Shown here piece after piece: positions 13,359 to 26,782 of a stretch of DNA of 64,000 nt. The stretch is from the NCBI RefSeq assembly GCF_036321535.1, contig NC_087437.1, positions 84,570,001-84,634,000 on the forward strand, written 5' to 3'. Position numbers and translations under genes: made by a program. This stretch comes from Camelus dromedarius (lineage: Eukaryota). Each line of letters starts with the position of its first letter. Position 1 is the stretch's first letter. The notes beneath the pieces were generated by a model. It had not been told where the DNA came from. It searched no databases and was given only the letters and a program-made list of their open reading frames with translations.

Positions 13359-14889
13359 TATAGAAACATTAAGTTTTGTTTCATTTGGTTGTCATATAAA
13401 GTGAATTAAATGATGCAGGTAAAGTGAACTAAAAGATTGTATACCAGTCTTAATGAATGACTAAGATTGCTAAAACTTTAAGAATTTCTAAGAGATTCAA
13501 ATTAAGAATTAATGTAGGACAGTTAAATTATATCTTTAGGAATAGAGGAAGTATTTATCTCTCACACTTTCTGCACTGTAGTGCAACATCCCTACTTAAT
13601 ATATATACTCAGTAGGTTACACATTCCTTGCTAACAAGAACAAATACGGCTAGCAACATTAGGCATAATCACTTTCCTTGGAAATTTTAAAGTATTTCAT
13701 AAATTTGTGAATTGATATAATTATATTATTTATTAATTGTTACATTTCCAACCTCATGATTTAAAAAATAATGTGGCACAGCCTCTCTTTTGTTAAAAAT
13801 TTGTGATATCCTTATTTTGCTAGGGAAAACTTCCTTCAGTAGTGCTCTCTTCTTGGCCTTAGATTTTTAAGCTGCTTAAGATAAAAAAAAATCATGGGGA
13901 TCAACTGGCTATTTACAAAAATGTGTAATAGGTCATTCCTTGAATAAACAGCACCAAAGAAATTGGTGTAATCTCAGCTAACAAACTGCAAATCACATTT
14001 AATGTGTAATTAAAAAATCTGCATCTTGAAAAAAGGAGGCTGTTTTGGAAGTTAATAATAAATTATATCACTTGTTCACCACCATACCTTTAAAAAGTTT
14101 TGCCATTAAGAAACAGATTTGACTTTTAACTGTATAGATTTCTCATTACTATAATACTGTTTTCTGTATGTTGTAGAATTGAGTAAATCTTATAATCTTC
14201 TTTATCTTAGTATTCTTTTAGCCAAGTGCTATTAAAGTATATATGAAAAAGCTAAATATACTGAAAAACACATGATTGAATCTCTAATTCTCCTATAGTT
14301 AGTCATATTATTTGGGGCATTTTTCTTTAGGAAACTTCAAGCAGACTATGAGAGTGAAGTGATCAAAGATATGTCATTAACAATGGCCAAGATTGCCTCT
14401 CATTAACAATTTTATATGGCTATTTCAAGTTTTTAAAAAGAAGAGATAGGTCAATGGAATGAATGAATAAGTTACATAAGTGAGAACTGGCTTTGAATTC
14501 ATCATCTGAAGTTTTCTTGATTCTTCTCAAACAGAAATTTAAGTGAAATTAACATAACATTATTGGGTTCCCAATGCAATCTCTATAATAAATGAATTGC
14601 ATAGCATTCTATAATTTATATTTTTAACCATATTAATCAGTTCATTTCATGCTATACTGTAAGTATTTTATATATTTCAAAACTAAATTATTTCAAAAAC
14701 TAAACCAAGAGATTCACTAAACTTTAAGAAACTCCACCTGATGCTTTTCATGACAATCTCTTAGTGTCTGTGTTAGGGTGGAGGATGGTTTACCCCATTA
14801 GTAGATGAAGAAAATGTGGTTTAAAAGTTATGTTTTCTTCAAGCACTTTTATATACTAAATGTTGGAGCTGGGTCTAGTAGATACTGCT

Positions 14890-15290
14890 AGAACATGATA
14901 CAAAATAAACAACCCGAAATTCTTGGTGGCTTACAACATCAAGTAAATCTTTCTGTCACTTTTGTCTGCCATGACTTTGTTTTGAGATGCAGTCCAGGTT
15001 CAGGTCTCACAATATGTTTTAACTGTTTGCTACCTCAAAGGATGGAACTTTCTGGGATATGTCCTTCTTACAGCTCAGTGTACAGGAACAAAAGAGCAGG
15101 TAGAAACTTGCAATGTCTCTAAAATGTCTGCTTAGATGTGGCAAACATCTCATTTACTCACATTCCATTGACTAAAACAAGATAATTGTGTGAAAGCAAT
15201 GATTGAAGTCAGTAGGGGCTGTATTGTATAATCTCCCAATAAAGAAAGAAGAGTGAAAAATTTAGAACAATAATACAATCTTACTGTTCA
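14890..15290 (-). mobile_element. MaLR LTR (MLT1K/L-like)
   Basis: aaacaacccgaaattcttggtggcttacaaca...catcatttactcacattccattgactaaaacaag. Confidence 0.6.
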
Positions 15291-15805
15291 GAGTTTCATA
15301 AACATATTTTCAGAGACATAGTTCCCTCTTCTTTTTCATACACTCATCATCTGCTCTGTCCACTATGAGATATATGAAAGAAAAAGATTTGGAAATTCTA
15401 GGGGAGGTTTTGATCTAGTTTTGTAAGTAATTATCCATCAAGGAATTATTTAAGAAAAAGAAAGGTGGGCCTAAGCAAATTTCAGAGTGTGGTGAAGTGT
15501 AAATTCTGTAGGAATTCAGAGAAAGAAAAATTACTTTGTCTGTAGGTGGAAGATGCTACATGAAGAAAGTGGGGATGAAAGCAGATCTTAAGAAATTATA
15601 TATATTTTATTGGCAGAAAAGAAGACAACATTTCGATGCAAAAAAAGAGCATAGGCATAGCTGAAATGAAGTTGATAGATATGGATAGCATTACTGAGGT
15701 TTATTCAACTCCTAGAGAAGGTTTCTTTTGTATAAATTAGGAAATGTGCTCAGAGAGGTGAGGTAAAAATCAGTTACTTCAAAACCTTCAAATAAAGAAG
15801 TAAAT

Positions 15806-16138
15806 TGTAAAAATAAATAAATAATTGAACAGAAACCTCAACTAAAGTTGGGAAGCCAGAAGGGGAACTCACAACCTGTGAGGATAGCAGAACACAACAG
15901 GAGGAAGGAGGACTCCTCTTCCTTCTGGGCAAGGACTCAGCCAATACACAGCCATGGACTCCTTGTTTGCTGTAGCCCTCCCAACTTCTTTTTCCTCTCT
16001 ATAAAAGCATTCTCCCTCCCTTGCTGTGGGGAACTTGCATGTGGCTTTCCATGGTTGCAAACTCCGAATTACAACTCTCTGCTGATCCCGAATAAACCGA
16101 TCTTTGCTGAAGAAAGATTTATTTGTTTTAGGTCAACA
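15806..16138 (+). mobile_element. Complete ERV1-class solo LTR with 4-bp TSD (AAAT)
   Basis: TG...CA termini; AAAT at 15802-15805 and 16139-16142; CCAAT 15941, TATAAAA 16000, AATAAA 16091. Confidence 0.85.
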
Positions 16139-16449
16139 AAATGACGTAGCAACTCATAGGCAATAACAACCTCCCTTCCCAAAAGTATAACCAAACTTAT
16201 GATTTGCAACAACACAACTATGTCAGTGTGTTTGTATTTTAATGACTGCTATTCTTCATGACAGTTGTGGGGAAACCTCTCTCTATATGTTATATAAATA
16301 TGTTGTGGAGGGTCTGTCTCTCCAAATGGAAGGTGGGAACTTCTTGAAGGCAAAATTTACATTGCATACATTCAACACATGTGCCTACATATAAGTATGT
16401 ATAGTATATATTTAAGTTATGAAGCATAATAAATACACATGTATCCATG

Positions 16450-16920
16450 GTCAAGAAAGTCTTGAATCTGTGAATGTGTCTGGTTCTTTCATGTCCAAAT
16501 TGTCTTTAGGTCTCCCTGCCATTGCCAGGAGGAATTCCTTCTCAGATCTCTACTGTGATAGCTTGATGGGATGCTTGGAGGTAAAACTCATGCAAGTTGA
16601 GAGATTCCCCAAAACTGTGGTCCCTGGGGTTTTCTCGCTCTCATGCTAGTCCACGCTCAACCTCCAGCAATTCACCAAAATTACCATTTAACTGCTCCTA
16701 TCACTTTATGGCTCTAGAGGCTTCTGTTTCAAGTAAACTGATCCCAGATATGATACTTTATATTTGCCTGACTCTTCAGAGCAGTGATTTGCTCTTGTAA
16801 GCCTGGTTCTTTGATGGGTCCAAGTACTGTTTATTTTCAGTTGGTTCATCTTTTTCTTCTAAGGATGGGGGTGACAACTTCCAAGTTGTCTATATGTCAG
16901 TGGTGAAATCAAAGTCCAAT
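16450..16920 (-). mobile_element. Old L1 (L1MC/MD-type) 5'UTR fragment
   Basis: ccagcaattcaccaaaattaccatttaa... and gatgggggtgacaacttccaag...gaaatcaaagtcc resemble an L1M 5' terminus. Confidence 0.6.
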
Positions 16921-17065
16921 CATTTACTTATAATTTGAAAAACTTCCTTTATATTTTTATAATCCAACACCGACCTTTGATGAATTCTCTAAGCATTTGT
17001 CTTTCTGAAATCATCTTTAGTTCCCTTTCAATTTTGAAAAGTATTTTGTTGGAAGTAGCATTTTA

Positions 17066-20000
17066 TTTTATTTCCATTTTATTGAGATATAATTGACATA
17101 TACTACTATATAGGTTTAAGGTGTACAACAATGATTTCACTTACATACATTATGAATTGATTATCATAGTAAGTTTAGTGAACATCCATCATCTCATATA
17201 GATACAAAATTAAAGAAATAGAAAAAAATTTACTTTGTGATGAGAATTCTTAGGATTTACTCTCTTAGCAACTTTGAAATATAACATGTATCAGTGTTAA
17301 TTAAATTTTTCATATTGTAAATTATATCCCTAGTATTTATTTATCTTATAACTGGAAATTTGTAACTTGACTACCTGCACCCTATCCCCCACCTCTGATA
17401 ATCACAAATCTGATCTCTTTACTTATGAGATTGTTTTTGAAGTATGATTTACCTACAACACTGTTAGTTCCTGTTACGCAACATAGTGATTCGATATTTC
17501 TGAATTGGAACCATGATAAGTCTAATTACCATGTGTCACCATACAAAGCTACTATATAGTTATTGACTGTATTTCCTACACTGCATATTTCATTCCTGTG
17601 ACTCATTTATTTTGCAACTAGAAGTTTGTATCTGACCTTTTTTTCTCCCTCCATCCTCTCCTCTCTGGCAACCACTTGTTTATTCTCTGCATCTATCACT
17701 GTTTCTATTTTGTTATGTTTATCCATTTGTTTTGTTTTTTAGATTCTACATAACAGTGAAATCATACAGTATCTATCTTTCTTTCTCTGACTTATCTCAC
17801 TTCGGATAATATCCTCTAGATCCATCCATGTTGTCACAAATGACAAGATTTTATTCTTTTTTTATGGCTCAGTATATTTTGTTGTATTTATATACACCAC
17901 ATCTTCTTTATCTATTCATCTACTGCCGGGCATTTAGGTTGCTCCCATATCTTGGCTATGGTAAATAATGCTGAACATCGAGGTGCATGTATCTTTAGTA
18001 GTTAGTGTTTTTGTTCTCTTGGGATAAATACCCAGGAGTGGTATCCGTTACAGGGTATTTGCTTTATCAATAAGATTTTTCCTTTTGTAATTTTTATATT
18101 TCTAGTTGTGGCCTTTTCTTTTTTGCTCAAAAATTTTCCTTTAACATTTCTTGTAAAGCTGATTTTGTGGTGCTTGAAATCTTTTAGCCTTTGCTTGTCT
18201 GTAAAAGTTTTGATCTCTCTGTCAAATCTGAGTGAAAGAATTGTCAGGTAGAGTATTCTTGTTGGAGGCATTTGCCTTTAATCATTTTAAATATATTGTG
18301 CCACTTCCTCTGTCCTGCAGAGTTTCTGTTGAAAAGTCAGATGATAGCCTTATGGGAGTTCCCTTGTATTTAACTTGTTACTTTTCCATTGCTGCTTTTA
18401 ATATTCTCTCTTTTTCCTTTTTTTTGAATTTAAATTACAATATGTCTTAGTGTGATCTTCTCTGGATTCAACCTGTTTGGGACTCTTTGTGCTTTCTGGA
18501 CCTGGATATCTGTTTCCTTTTCTATGTTAGTGAAGTTTTTCATATATTGAAGGATATATGTCTTCAAATATATTCTCTGCCCCGTTTTCTCTTTCTTCTC
18601 CCTTTGGACGTCAATAATGTGAATGTGTAGTGCACTTGGTGTTGTTCCAAAGGTCTCTTAATCTTCATTTTTAAAAATTCTTTTACCTTTTTTTCCTGTT
18701 CAGCTTCAGTGATTTCCTCTACTCTGTCTTCCAGCTTGTTGGTCTGTTCCTCTGTATCAGCTAATCTACTGTTGATTTCTTCTAGTGTATTTTTCATTTT
18801 GTTTATTGTATTTGTCATTTCTGTCTCATTCTTCTTTATATTGCCTAACTCTGTTAAAACTTCCAACATCTCACTCTGTTCATCCAATGTTTCCTGAATT
18901 CTTTGAGCATCTTTACAATCATTACCTTGAACTCTTTATTGGGTAGATTTCTTACCTCCACTTCACCTAGTTCTTGTGGGATTTTACCTTGTTTCTTTGT
19001 TTCAAACATATTCCTTTGTCACCCCATTTTGCCTAATTTGCTGTTTTTACTTCTGTGTATTTGGTAGGTTGTTTATGCTTCCTGACCTTGGAGAAGTGGC
19101 CTTTTGTAGGAGATGCCCTATATGTCTCAGCAGCATGCTCTCCTCTTGTCATCAGAGCTGTGTGCTGTAGGGGTGCCCTCTGTGTGGGCTGCACGAGTCC
19201 TCCTGTTGTGGCAGGGTGACTGTTGTGGGCAGCCTCGTAGTTGTGGCTGGCCCCTAGTCTGTTGGCTGCCAGGCTGTGCCCTGTGTGATGGCTGCTGGCC
19301 GCGGTGGGCAGAGCCAGGTCATGAGACCACTGGCTGCAGAGCCTCAAGGGTTCCAGGACTACTGCTGGCTCACTGGTGGGTGGACCTGGGTTCAAAGCTG
19401 ATACTTGCAGGGTCAAGTGTCCTGGATCTAATGTTGGCCTGCAGGTGGGTGGGGCTGGTTTTTGACATGGCTGACTGTGAGGTCTAGTGTCCTGAAGCTG
19501 GTGTCTCCCTGCTGGTGGGTGGGGACAGATCCTGGGGTGGCCCTTGGTTTCCCATCCCTGAGCTGGTGTTGGCCTGCTAGGGTACAGGGCTTAGGTCATC
19601 CTGGGGCTGGTGCTGGCCTGCCAAAAGGGGGCTAAGTCCTGACATGGTAGTCTGTGGGGTTAGCGTATCCCTGCTGGTAGGTGACACCACATCCTGGGGC
19701 TAGTAAAGGCCCACTAGTGGACAGAGCTTGGTTATGGGGTTTCTGACCACAGGGCCCTGTGTTCTATGGCTAGTGCAGGTGAACTGGTGTGCGGGGCTGT
19801 GTCCTGGGCCATCTGGTGGACATGGCCAGGTCCTGGGGCGGCTGTGGGCCCAGGCTCTCTAAGGCAGCTGGCTTACTGCTGGGTGAGGGCATATCCCCTT
19901 ACAGCTAGATGCTTGGCCTGGAGTGTCCTAGTACTAGTAATGATAGGCTGGTGGGCAGAGCCTGGGTCAAGTGGGTCCCAGGGATAATGCTGTCTTGCTG

Positions 20001-21155
20001 ATAAGCAGAGCCAGGTCCTGAGGTCTCTGACTGACACAGGGATCCTAGAGCTGGTGTTGGCCCACTGCTGGGCAGGGCTGAAGCCTAGGGGGTCCTCTGC
20101 TAGTGCTGGTTCACTGGTGGGTGGAGCCAGGTCCCAGGTCTCTGGCTCCAGGGCCCTAGGTTTTCTGGAGTTGGTGTGTTGGCCAGCAAGGGGGTGGGGC
20201 TGTGGCCCAGGGGGTCCTGGGGCTTCTTGTGCCTGATCACCATTGGGTGAGGTTGGTCCTGAAGCTAGTGATGGTGCACTGGTGGGTAGAGCTGGATCCC
20301 GTAGTCTCTGGCTACAGGGCTCTGGCCAGAGAGAGTGCACTGTTCGCAGGTGAGGTCCTGGTTCTCTTGGGGATGGGGGACAGGGCCAAGTCCTGGGGTG
20401 GCTGTGTGCTTAAGGGGACTTAAGGTAGCCAGTCTGCTGGTGATTGAGTCTGTGTCTCATCTCAGCTAGGTGCTTGGCCTGAGAGGTCCCAGTACTGGTG
20501 CCAAGAAGCTGGTGGGTGAGGCTAGGTCCTGGTGCTAATAAGTTTTTGGAGGATTCCAAAAATGGTGCTTCCCAGCATCAGTTTTCTTGTAGTGGAACAA
20601 TCTCATAAATTGGCTACAACCTGTGTCTGTGTCCGCAGGATGAGTTCTAGTTGCCTCCTACATCTCTGGGAGGCTCTCCAAGATCAGCAAGTACGTATGA
20701 CTCAGGCTCCTTTCAAGCTGTTTCTGCCCTTGGTCTCTGAGGGTGTGAGATTTTGTGTGCACTCTTTATGAGTGGAATCTCCATTTCCCACAGCCCTCTG
20801 GGTCTCACAGGCTTTCAAAGCCAAACTTGTCTTCCTGCTGTAGTGTCCCCAGGCTGGAGAACCTGAGGTGGGGCTCAGACCTTTAGCTTCTTGGAAAGAA
20901 CCTCTGCAATTATAATTATCCTCCCATTTGTGGATTGCCACCTGGGGGTAAGTGTCTTGATTAACCTGTCTCTGGCCCTCCTATCCATCTTGATGTGATT
21001 CCTTTTTTATACCTTTAGTGAAGAATATTTTTTCTGTTAGTCTTCTGGTCTTTTTCATCAATAGTTGCTCTGTAAACAGTTGTAATTTTGGTGTGCCTGT
21101 GGGAGGGAGTGAGCTCAGAATCTTCCTACTTCGCCATCTTGGCCAGTCCTCTCCC
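17066..21155 (-). mobile_element. L1 with 5'UTR, ORF1 remnant and 3'UTR, ORF2 almost wholly absent; inserted into an older L1
   Basis: 5' start gggagaggactggccaagatggcg on the minus strand near 21155; GC-rich 5'UTR ~19100-21155; ORF1 coiled coil (ORF 18564-18887) and C-terminus (RILY..LSLRFDREIKTFTDKQRLKDF); ORF2 tail and 3'UTR 17066-18042; AGCATTTTA duplicated at 17057-17065 and 21167-21175. Confidence 0.85.
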
Positions 21156-21175
21156 TTGATGGACAGAGCATTTTA

Positions 21176-22710
21176 GTTTTACCTTAATGTTTGTACTTTG
21201 GTACTTTAATGGTGTTGTCCCATTTACATGTTTCCTTAATTTCTGTTAAAGATTCTGGGGTTTTTCTGTTTGTTCTCTGTATTTAATATGTCTCTTTACT
21301 TTGGATTCTTTTCAGATTTTTCTTTCTCTTTTTCTTTCAGATTATTCTTTATCACTGAGGCTTAGCAACTGGATTTTAACGTGCTTTTGTGCAGTTTTCT
21401 TTTTGTCATTCTTGGATTTAGTTGACATTCTTGGATGTGTAGGTGTAAAGTTCTCCTCAAATATGGAAAATTTGTGAGAATTTTTTGAAAATTTTTTTCT
21501 GTCCACATTTTTCTCCCTTGTTACTCCAGTTGCATGTATGTTGGGTGGCTTAATATTGTCCCACAGGCCACTAAGACTTTTTCCCCCTCAGTCTTTCTAT
21601 TTCTGTGCTTTCATGTAGTTTCTATTAGTATGTCTTCATGGTTACTGATTTTTCATTCTGTAATGTGTAATCTGATCTTTATTCACCCAGTAATTTTTTA
21701 TTTGATATGATGCATTTTTTATTAATATACTTTATTTTTTAGAACAATTTCAAGTTCACAGCAGAATTGAGCAGAAAATACAGAGTTCGCACATAGCCCT
21801 CCCCACCTACACATATATACTCCCCTACCTTCAACATCCCTCATCAGTGTGGCATATTTGGTACAATCGAAGAACCAACATGGACACATTATTATCAACC
21901 AAAGTCCATAGTTTACATTAGGGTTCACTCTTGATGTTGTATATTCTGTGGGTTTTAACAAATGTATAATGACATGTAGCCACCACTATAGTATCATATA
22001 GAATAATTTCCTTGCCCTAAAAATCCCTCGTGCTCCATCTATTCATTCCTCCCTCCCCAATAAGATGTATCTTTAAGTGTAAAACTGCTACATGATTCCT
22101 TTTATATCTTTTATTTCTCCCCACATTAAGTTATTTTTTTCTTAAATATTTGACCCTTTAGGAATCTCTATCTAATGTTCTGAGTTCTGAGTTGTCTGTG
22201 GAGTTTCTTTCCTTTAGTTAGTGGGAATGCAAATGTTTCATAGGTGTGAGCTCTAAAATAATTTCACCTTACAGCTTCTGGTGGTCCTTTGATTGGTCTT
22301 GTGGACTTTCACCCTCTGCATTTGCACTTTAGATTCAACAGTGAATTCAAGGGGACCTTGGCAATTTTCTTAATCTCTTTTTTGTATTATTTGCTTCTCT
22401 CTGTTATTCTATCCCATAAATTCCATCTTCTTCTATTATTCGAAGCTAGATTTCCATCTCTTTAACTCAGAAGGTCCATTGTACATTGTTTAGTATCCCC
22501 GCCCTGGTCTTCATACTGGAAGATGACTTCAGCCAGAAAGCAAGCAAACATGTTTCTATCATTTGTTTCCCTTTTCTCTGGGGTCACAGCTATCTGTTGT
22601 CCACTGTCAGAAAAATTCTATTTCCTATATTTTGCTATATTTTCTAGTTGTTACATCAAGAGAGAAAGTCTGGTAGCAATTATTTTAGTATGGCTGGCAG
22701 CAAAAGTCCT
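21176..22710 (-). mobile_element. Ancient L1ME-type ORF1/5'UTR remnants (host element, continues from ~16930-17056)
   Basis: T-rich degenerate antisense L1 ORF1 phrases (aatatggaaaattt, ttaatattgtcccacaggccactaagac). Confidence 0.55.
21720..22060 (-). mobile_element. L1MC/MD 3' end fragment
   Basis: aagttcacagcagaattgagcagaaaatacagagtt...ccaaagtccatagtttacattagggttcactcttg. Confidence 0.8.
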
Positions 22711-22739
22711 GGTCAGTTTTTCCTCGATATTTTATTATT

Positions 22740-24700
22740 AAATTTTTTAAATACTCAGAAAACTTTAAAGAATTTTACAGTTGACGTTCACATGCTCACC
22801 ATCTAGATTCTATCATTCATACTTTTCATTTCACATGTATCCATATTCATCCTAGTATCCATCCATTGATGTATTTTATTTTTATAGACTTTAAAATAAA
22901 TTGCAGACATCTATACACTTCCTGCTACATACTTCCACATGCATATTATTAATTAGAATTCTATTTTTGTTTACAGATTTATTTAATATATGCAGATTTC
23001 TGTATACAATGAAATGTATAAATCTTAACATAAATATGTTCATTGAGCTTTGATATAATCCCCATCTTGATATTGAATATTATCATCAACTTAGCTCATT
23101 CATATCCTTTCCTAGTTAATTTCCAGCCCCATCCTCCCAGAGGTCATTACCATTTTGACTTTTCAAGCATAGGTTAGTTTAGCATATTCAAGTAAGTGGA
23201 ATTGTATGTTATGAATTCTTTTATATAAGGATTTTTTTACTTAACATAGTCATCTTTTGAGATTATCCATGGATAAATGTTTATTTTTTATTGTTTAGTA
23301 TTAGTTCATTGTATAAATACACAATAGTTGTTTATTTATTCTAGTATTGCTAGACATTTGGTTTGTTTCCAGTCTTTGGCAATTGTAAATATAACTGATA
23401 TGAACAGTTTTGTACAAGTCACCTTATGAACATATATTTTTAATTCTCTTTGGTAAACCTAGAATTGGAATTCTTGGATGATGGTGTAGGTGTATATTTA
23501 GTTTTATAAAAAGCTGCTAAATTTTATTTAAGTAGTTACACCATTGTACATTACCAACAAAATTGGATAAGAAATTTTATTGTTCCACATCTTGTCCATA
23601 TTTGGTAAAATCAAATTTTAAATTTTAGCTATTTATGAAGGAGTAAATTTTCTAGAAACATCTCTTTATGATTCTTTTAATTTCCCTAAGGACTTGATAT
23701 TAGGCAACATTTTTACCTGTTTTGATGATTCTTTGTAAGTTTTATTTTGAATTTTTACTCAAGATTTTGCCCATTTTTATTGAGTTGTTTTCATTTATTG
23801 AGTTGCAAGAATTGGCAATATATTCTAGATGAACATATGATTTAAAATTTGATGGTATCCAATTTATCAATTCTTCTTTTACGGTTGTTGCTTTCTGTGA
23901 TCTGTCTAAAAAACACTTCATTCTCTTAAGTCAAGAAGATATTCTCTTATGTATTCTTTTTTAAGCTCATAGCTTTAGCTTTTATGCACAGATATGGCTC
24001 ATCTTAAACTAAATTTGATGTAGGATGTGAGGAAAATGTCAAGGTTACATTTTTTTCAAAAGAATATTCAGTTATTCTTTCACCTTTTTGAGAAAAGATT
24101 TGTTTTTCTTTCGGATAGTTATACACCTTCGTCAAACACCAAATAATTATAAATCTGTGTTCAATTCTGAATTATATATCTGTTAATCCTTAATGTCAGT
24201 GACACACTGTCTTGATTACAGAAACTTTGTATTATGTCTTGAAGACAGGTAATATAAGGCCTCCAAATTTGTTTTTTCAAGATACTTATTTCCTATGTTC
24301 TTTGAATTTCATATTGATTTTAGATTAAAATTTGAAATTTTCAGAAATAAGTCCTACTGAGATTATTTTTGAAATTGCTCTTAACATGGGCAAATTTGCA
24401 GAGAATTGACAGTTTAACAATATTGAATTTTCCAATTTATTAACATATATATTTCTCCATTTTTTAGGTTTTCTTTGATTTCCTTTAGTAGTATTTTGTA
24501 GTTTGGTGCAAAAAAACTACACTAAAAAAAGATGGTTGCACATCTTTAAAAAAGTTAACTCCTAATTACTTTGGCTTTGATGCTATTGTAAATGGATTTT
24601 TAAAAATACTCATATTTAGGTTTTTGTTGCTAGTACAGAGAACTACAATAGATTTATGTATCTTAACTTTGTATATTGCAGTTTTTCTAAATCTACTTAT
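22740..24700 (-). mobile_element. Ancient L1ME 3'UTR/ORF2 remnants
   Basis: gacatttggtttgtttccagtctttggcaattgtaaat, acactgtcttgattac, gagaattgacagtttaacaatattga. Confidence 0.75.
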
Positions 24701-24719
24701 TACTCCTATGTATATACAT

Positions 24720-25165
24720 GAGAGAAATGCATATAAATGTCCACTAAGATCATGTGAGGAATTTCATAGCAGCACACTTTTGTAATGCTCAGCTAGAGAA
24801 AAATGGATTAATAAATTGTTATAAAATCAACAGGATATGATATGGCAATAAACATGAATAAATATGAACTACTACATACAAAACATGAAGAAAACTTCCA
24901 CATTGTTGAGAAGTACCCAGACAAAAGTAATTTTACTTACATAAAATTCCAAAGCAGATAAAACAATTCTGTGATGTTAGAAGTCAGAATATGATTAAAC
25001 TTTGAAGAGGAAGGAGGGAGGTAATTGTAGGGGATAACTGGGAAGCTTCTGAAATTAGGGGTTAGCTGGGTGTATTAATTTTGTCATAATTCATGTATGT
25101 GTACACTTGTTATTTGTGTACATTTTATGTGTACTGTATTTCAATTTCAGAAGTTTACTTAAAAA
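24720..25165 (+). mobile_element. L1ME 3' fragment
   Basis: atttcatagcagcac...gtgatgttagaagtcagaat...tttgtcataattcat. Confidence 0.65.
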
Positions 25166-25536
25166 TTTATCCTGATTATTCTTGTATAGATTTTGTATAA
25201 CAAAGTATTATAATCAGTATTGTTTTGAGGAAATTATATTCAGTCATTTATTGATGAAGAGTAAAAATGTAGTGAGAAAAAGATGAATGACTCTAATATT
25301 ACAATTGCTGAACCAAAAGATTTAATAATAAGCTAAAAATAGGGAGGGGAATCACCTTATAATTGCATAAACAAGTTCTTATTTAATATATTTTTGCATA
25401 TATAAATAAAACTCATTGCATTTACTACATCACTAATAAATGTCTGGGTAATTTATATGTATATATTTATATGTTTATATGCTTTTCAAATAAAAAATTC
25501 AACAGTAGGAAATATTTATAAAAAACAACTGGGCTG

Positions 25537-25607
25537 GACATATGAACAATGTGGAGTAAAGAAATATGAACATATGACATATGAACAATTGTGGAGTAAA
25601 GAAATAT
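25537..25607. repeat. 31/32-bp direct duplication with 8-bp spacer
   Basis: gacatatgaacaat(t)gtggagtaaagaaatat at 25537-25567 and 25576-25607. Confidence 0.9.
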
Positions 25608-26403
25608 TGCTTCTAGGATTATCCACTTCCTTTTATATCTTTTCTAAGCCATTTAATCCAGAGCCTGCTGCTTGGGTAGGACAGACAGATAACTGCCTAA
25701 AGTGACCATACATAAAATGTCTAAAATATCAAGGGAATGGATTAAAATATAGTTTTTGAAAGCAATTCTTGTTTTAACTAGCAAAAAACGAAACTGAAAA
25801 TGTTTCCGTTGCGGTAAATACATACACATCTGCACACATACAAAAAGAAATAATCAGGCATTACAGAAAAGTGTGAAATGTTTTACTGATTTTTTTGTTG
25901 ACATTTTCTATGACTCAATCAGGAATTAATTATTGAATTTGTTTCTCAATGTAATTTTTATTTATAGATGTTTAGTTCTTTCCATTCTAATTAGACAATA
26001 TTGAATATATTCAATATAATAATTAAAAATAAAATTAAGAATATCTCTTTCAAAATAAATCTTGTTATTAGCCTGCTATGGCATCTACCTACAGATCTCC
26101 TTATCACACTTTTTATACCGTTTGGTACATATATCTCTCCAGGTACTTGGCTCTGAGCACAGCATGCAGAGGAGTGAAATGGAGTACTAATAACTCCATA
26201 GCCTCAAAAGCATGAATAATTCTTTAAGCTTGTAATATTAGCTGAGCCTTTGCTTAGAGAGCTGTTGTTATTGCCTGAAAAAGAAAGAAACTTCTGTTAA
26301 CAATATTGTTTATAATTAAGATCCGGAGACATCACATGGTTTAGAGCAGGCATGGGCTCCGCAGTGTGTAAGGAGATGATCATTCTCCATCAGAGGGTAA
26401 TAA

Positions 26404-26441
26404 ACAGATCACATGCTTCCACAGATAACATGCTTCCACAG
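26404..26441. repeat. 17-bp tandem duplication
   Basis: acagat(c/a)acatgcttcc twice, followed by acag. Confidence 0.85.
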
Positions 26442-26782
26442 GCAACTCTGGCTCTCACACTCTTCTTTTGATTAGTATTTTGCTTAAACTGGTAATTTTC
26501 TCTCTTGAAAGCATTACTAGTTCTCAATAGTGGACATCTGTTTAACAGTCCTTATAATTATTATTTTTCCTACACCTCTCTAATGTCAGAGATACGCCAG
26601 TCCACTTCCTTCCACTCCTCCAGTTCACTGAGTAAAACATCTTGGTCACTGCATTCTACAGGATGTACAGAAACATCAGTATCTCACTATGGAGAGAGGG
26701 GATTCTCAATGTTTGCTAGCTGGTGTGAGATTGAACTCCAGAATCCTTAGAATCTGCTTAGTAGCACCATTCCTCTACTAAC

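Noticed and set aside
19033..20941. Cluster of 60-155 aa ORFs
   Set aside because: They lie in the GC-rich L1 5'UTR, where stop codons are rare; no protein similarity recognised.
25537..25607. Repeat-spacer pattern resembling CRISPR
   Set aside because: Only two copies, an 8-bp spacer, and a mammalian context.
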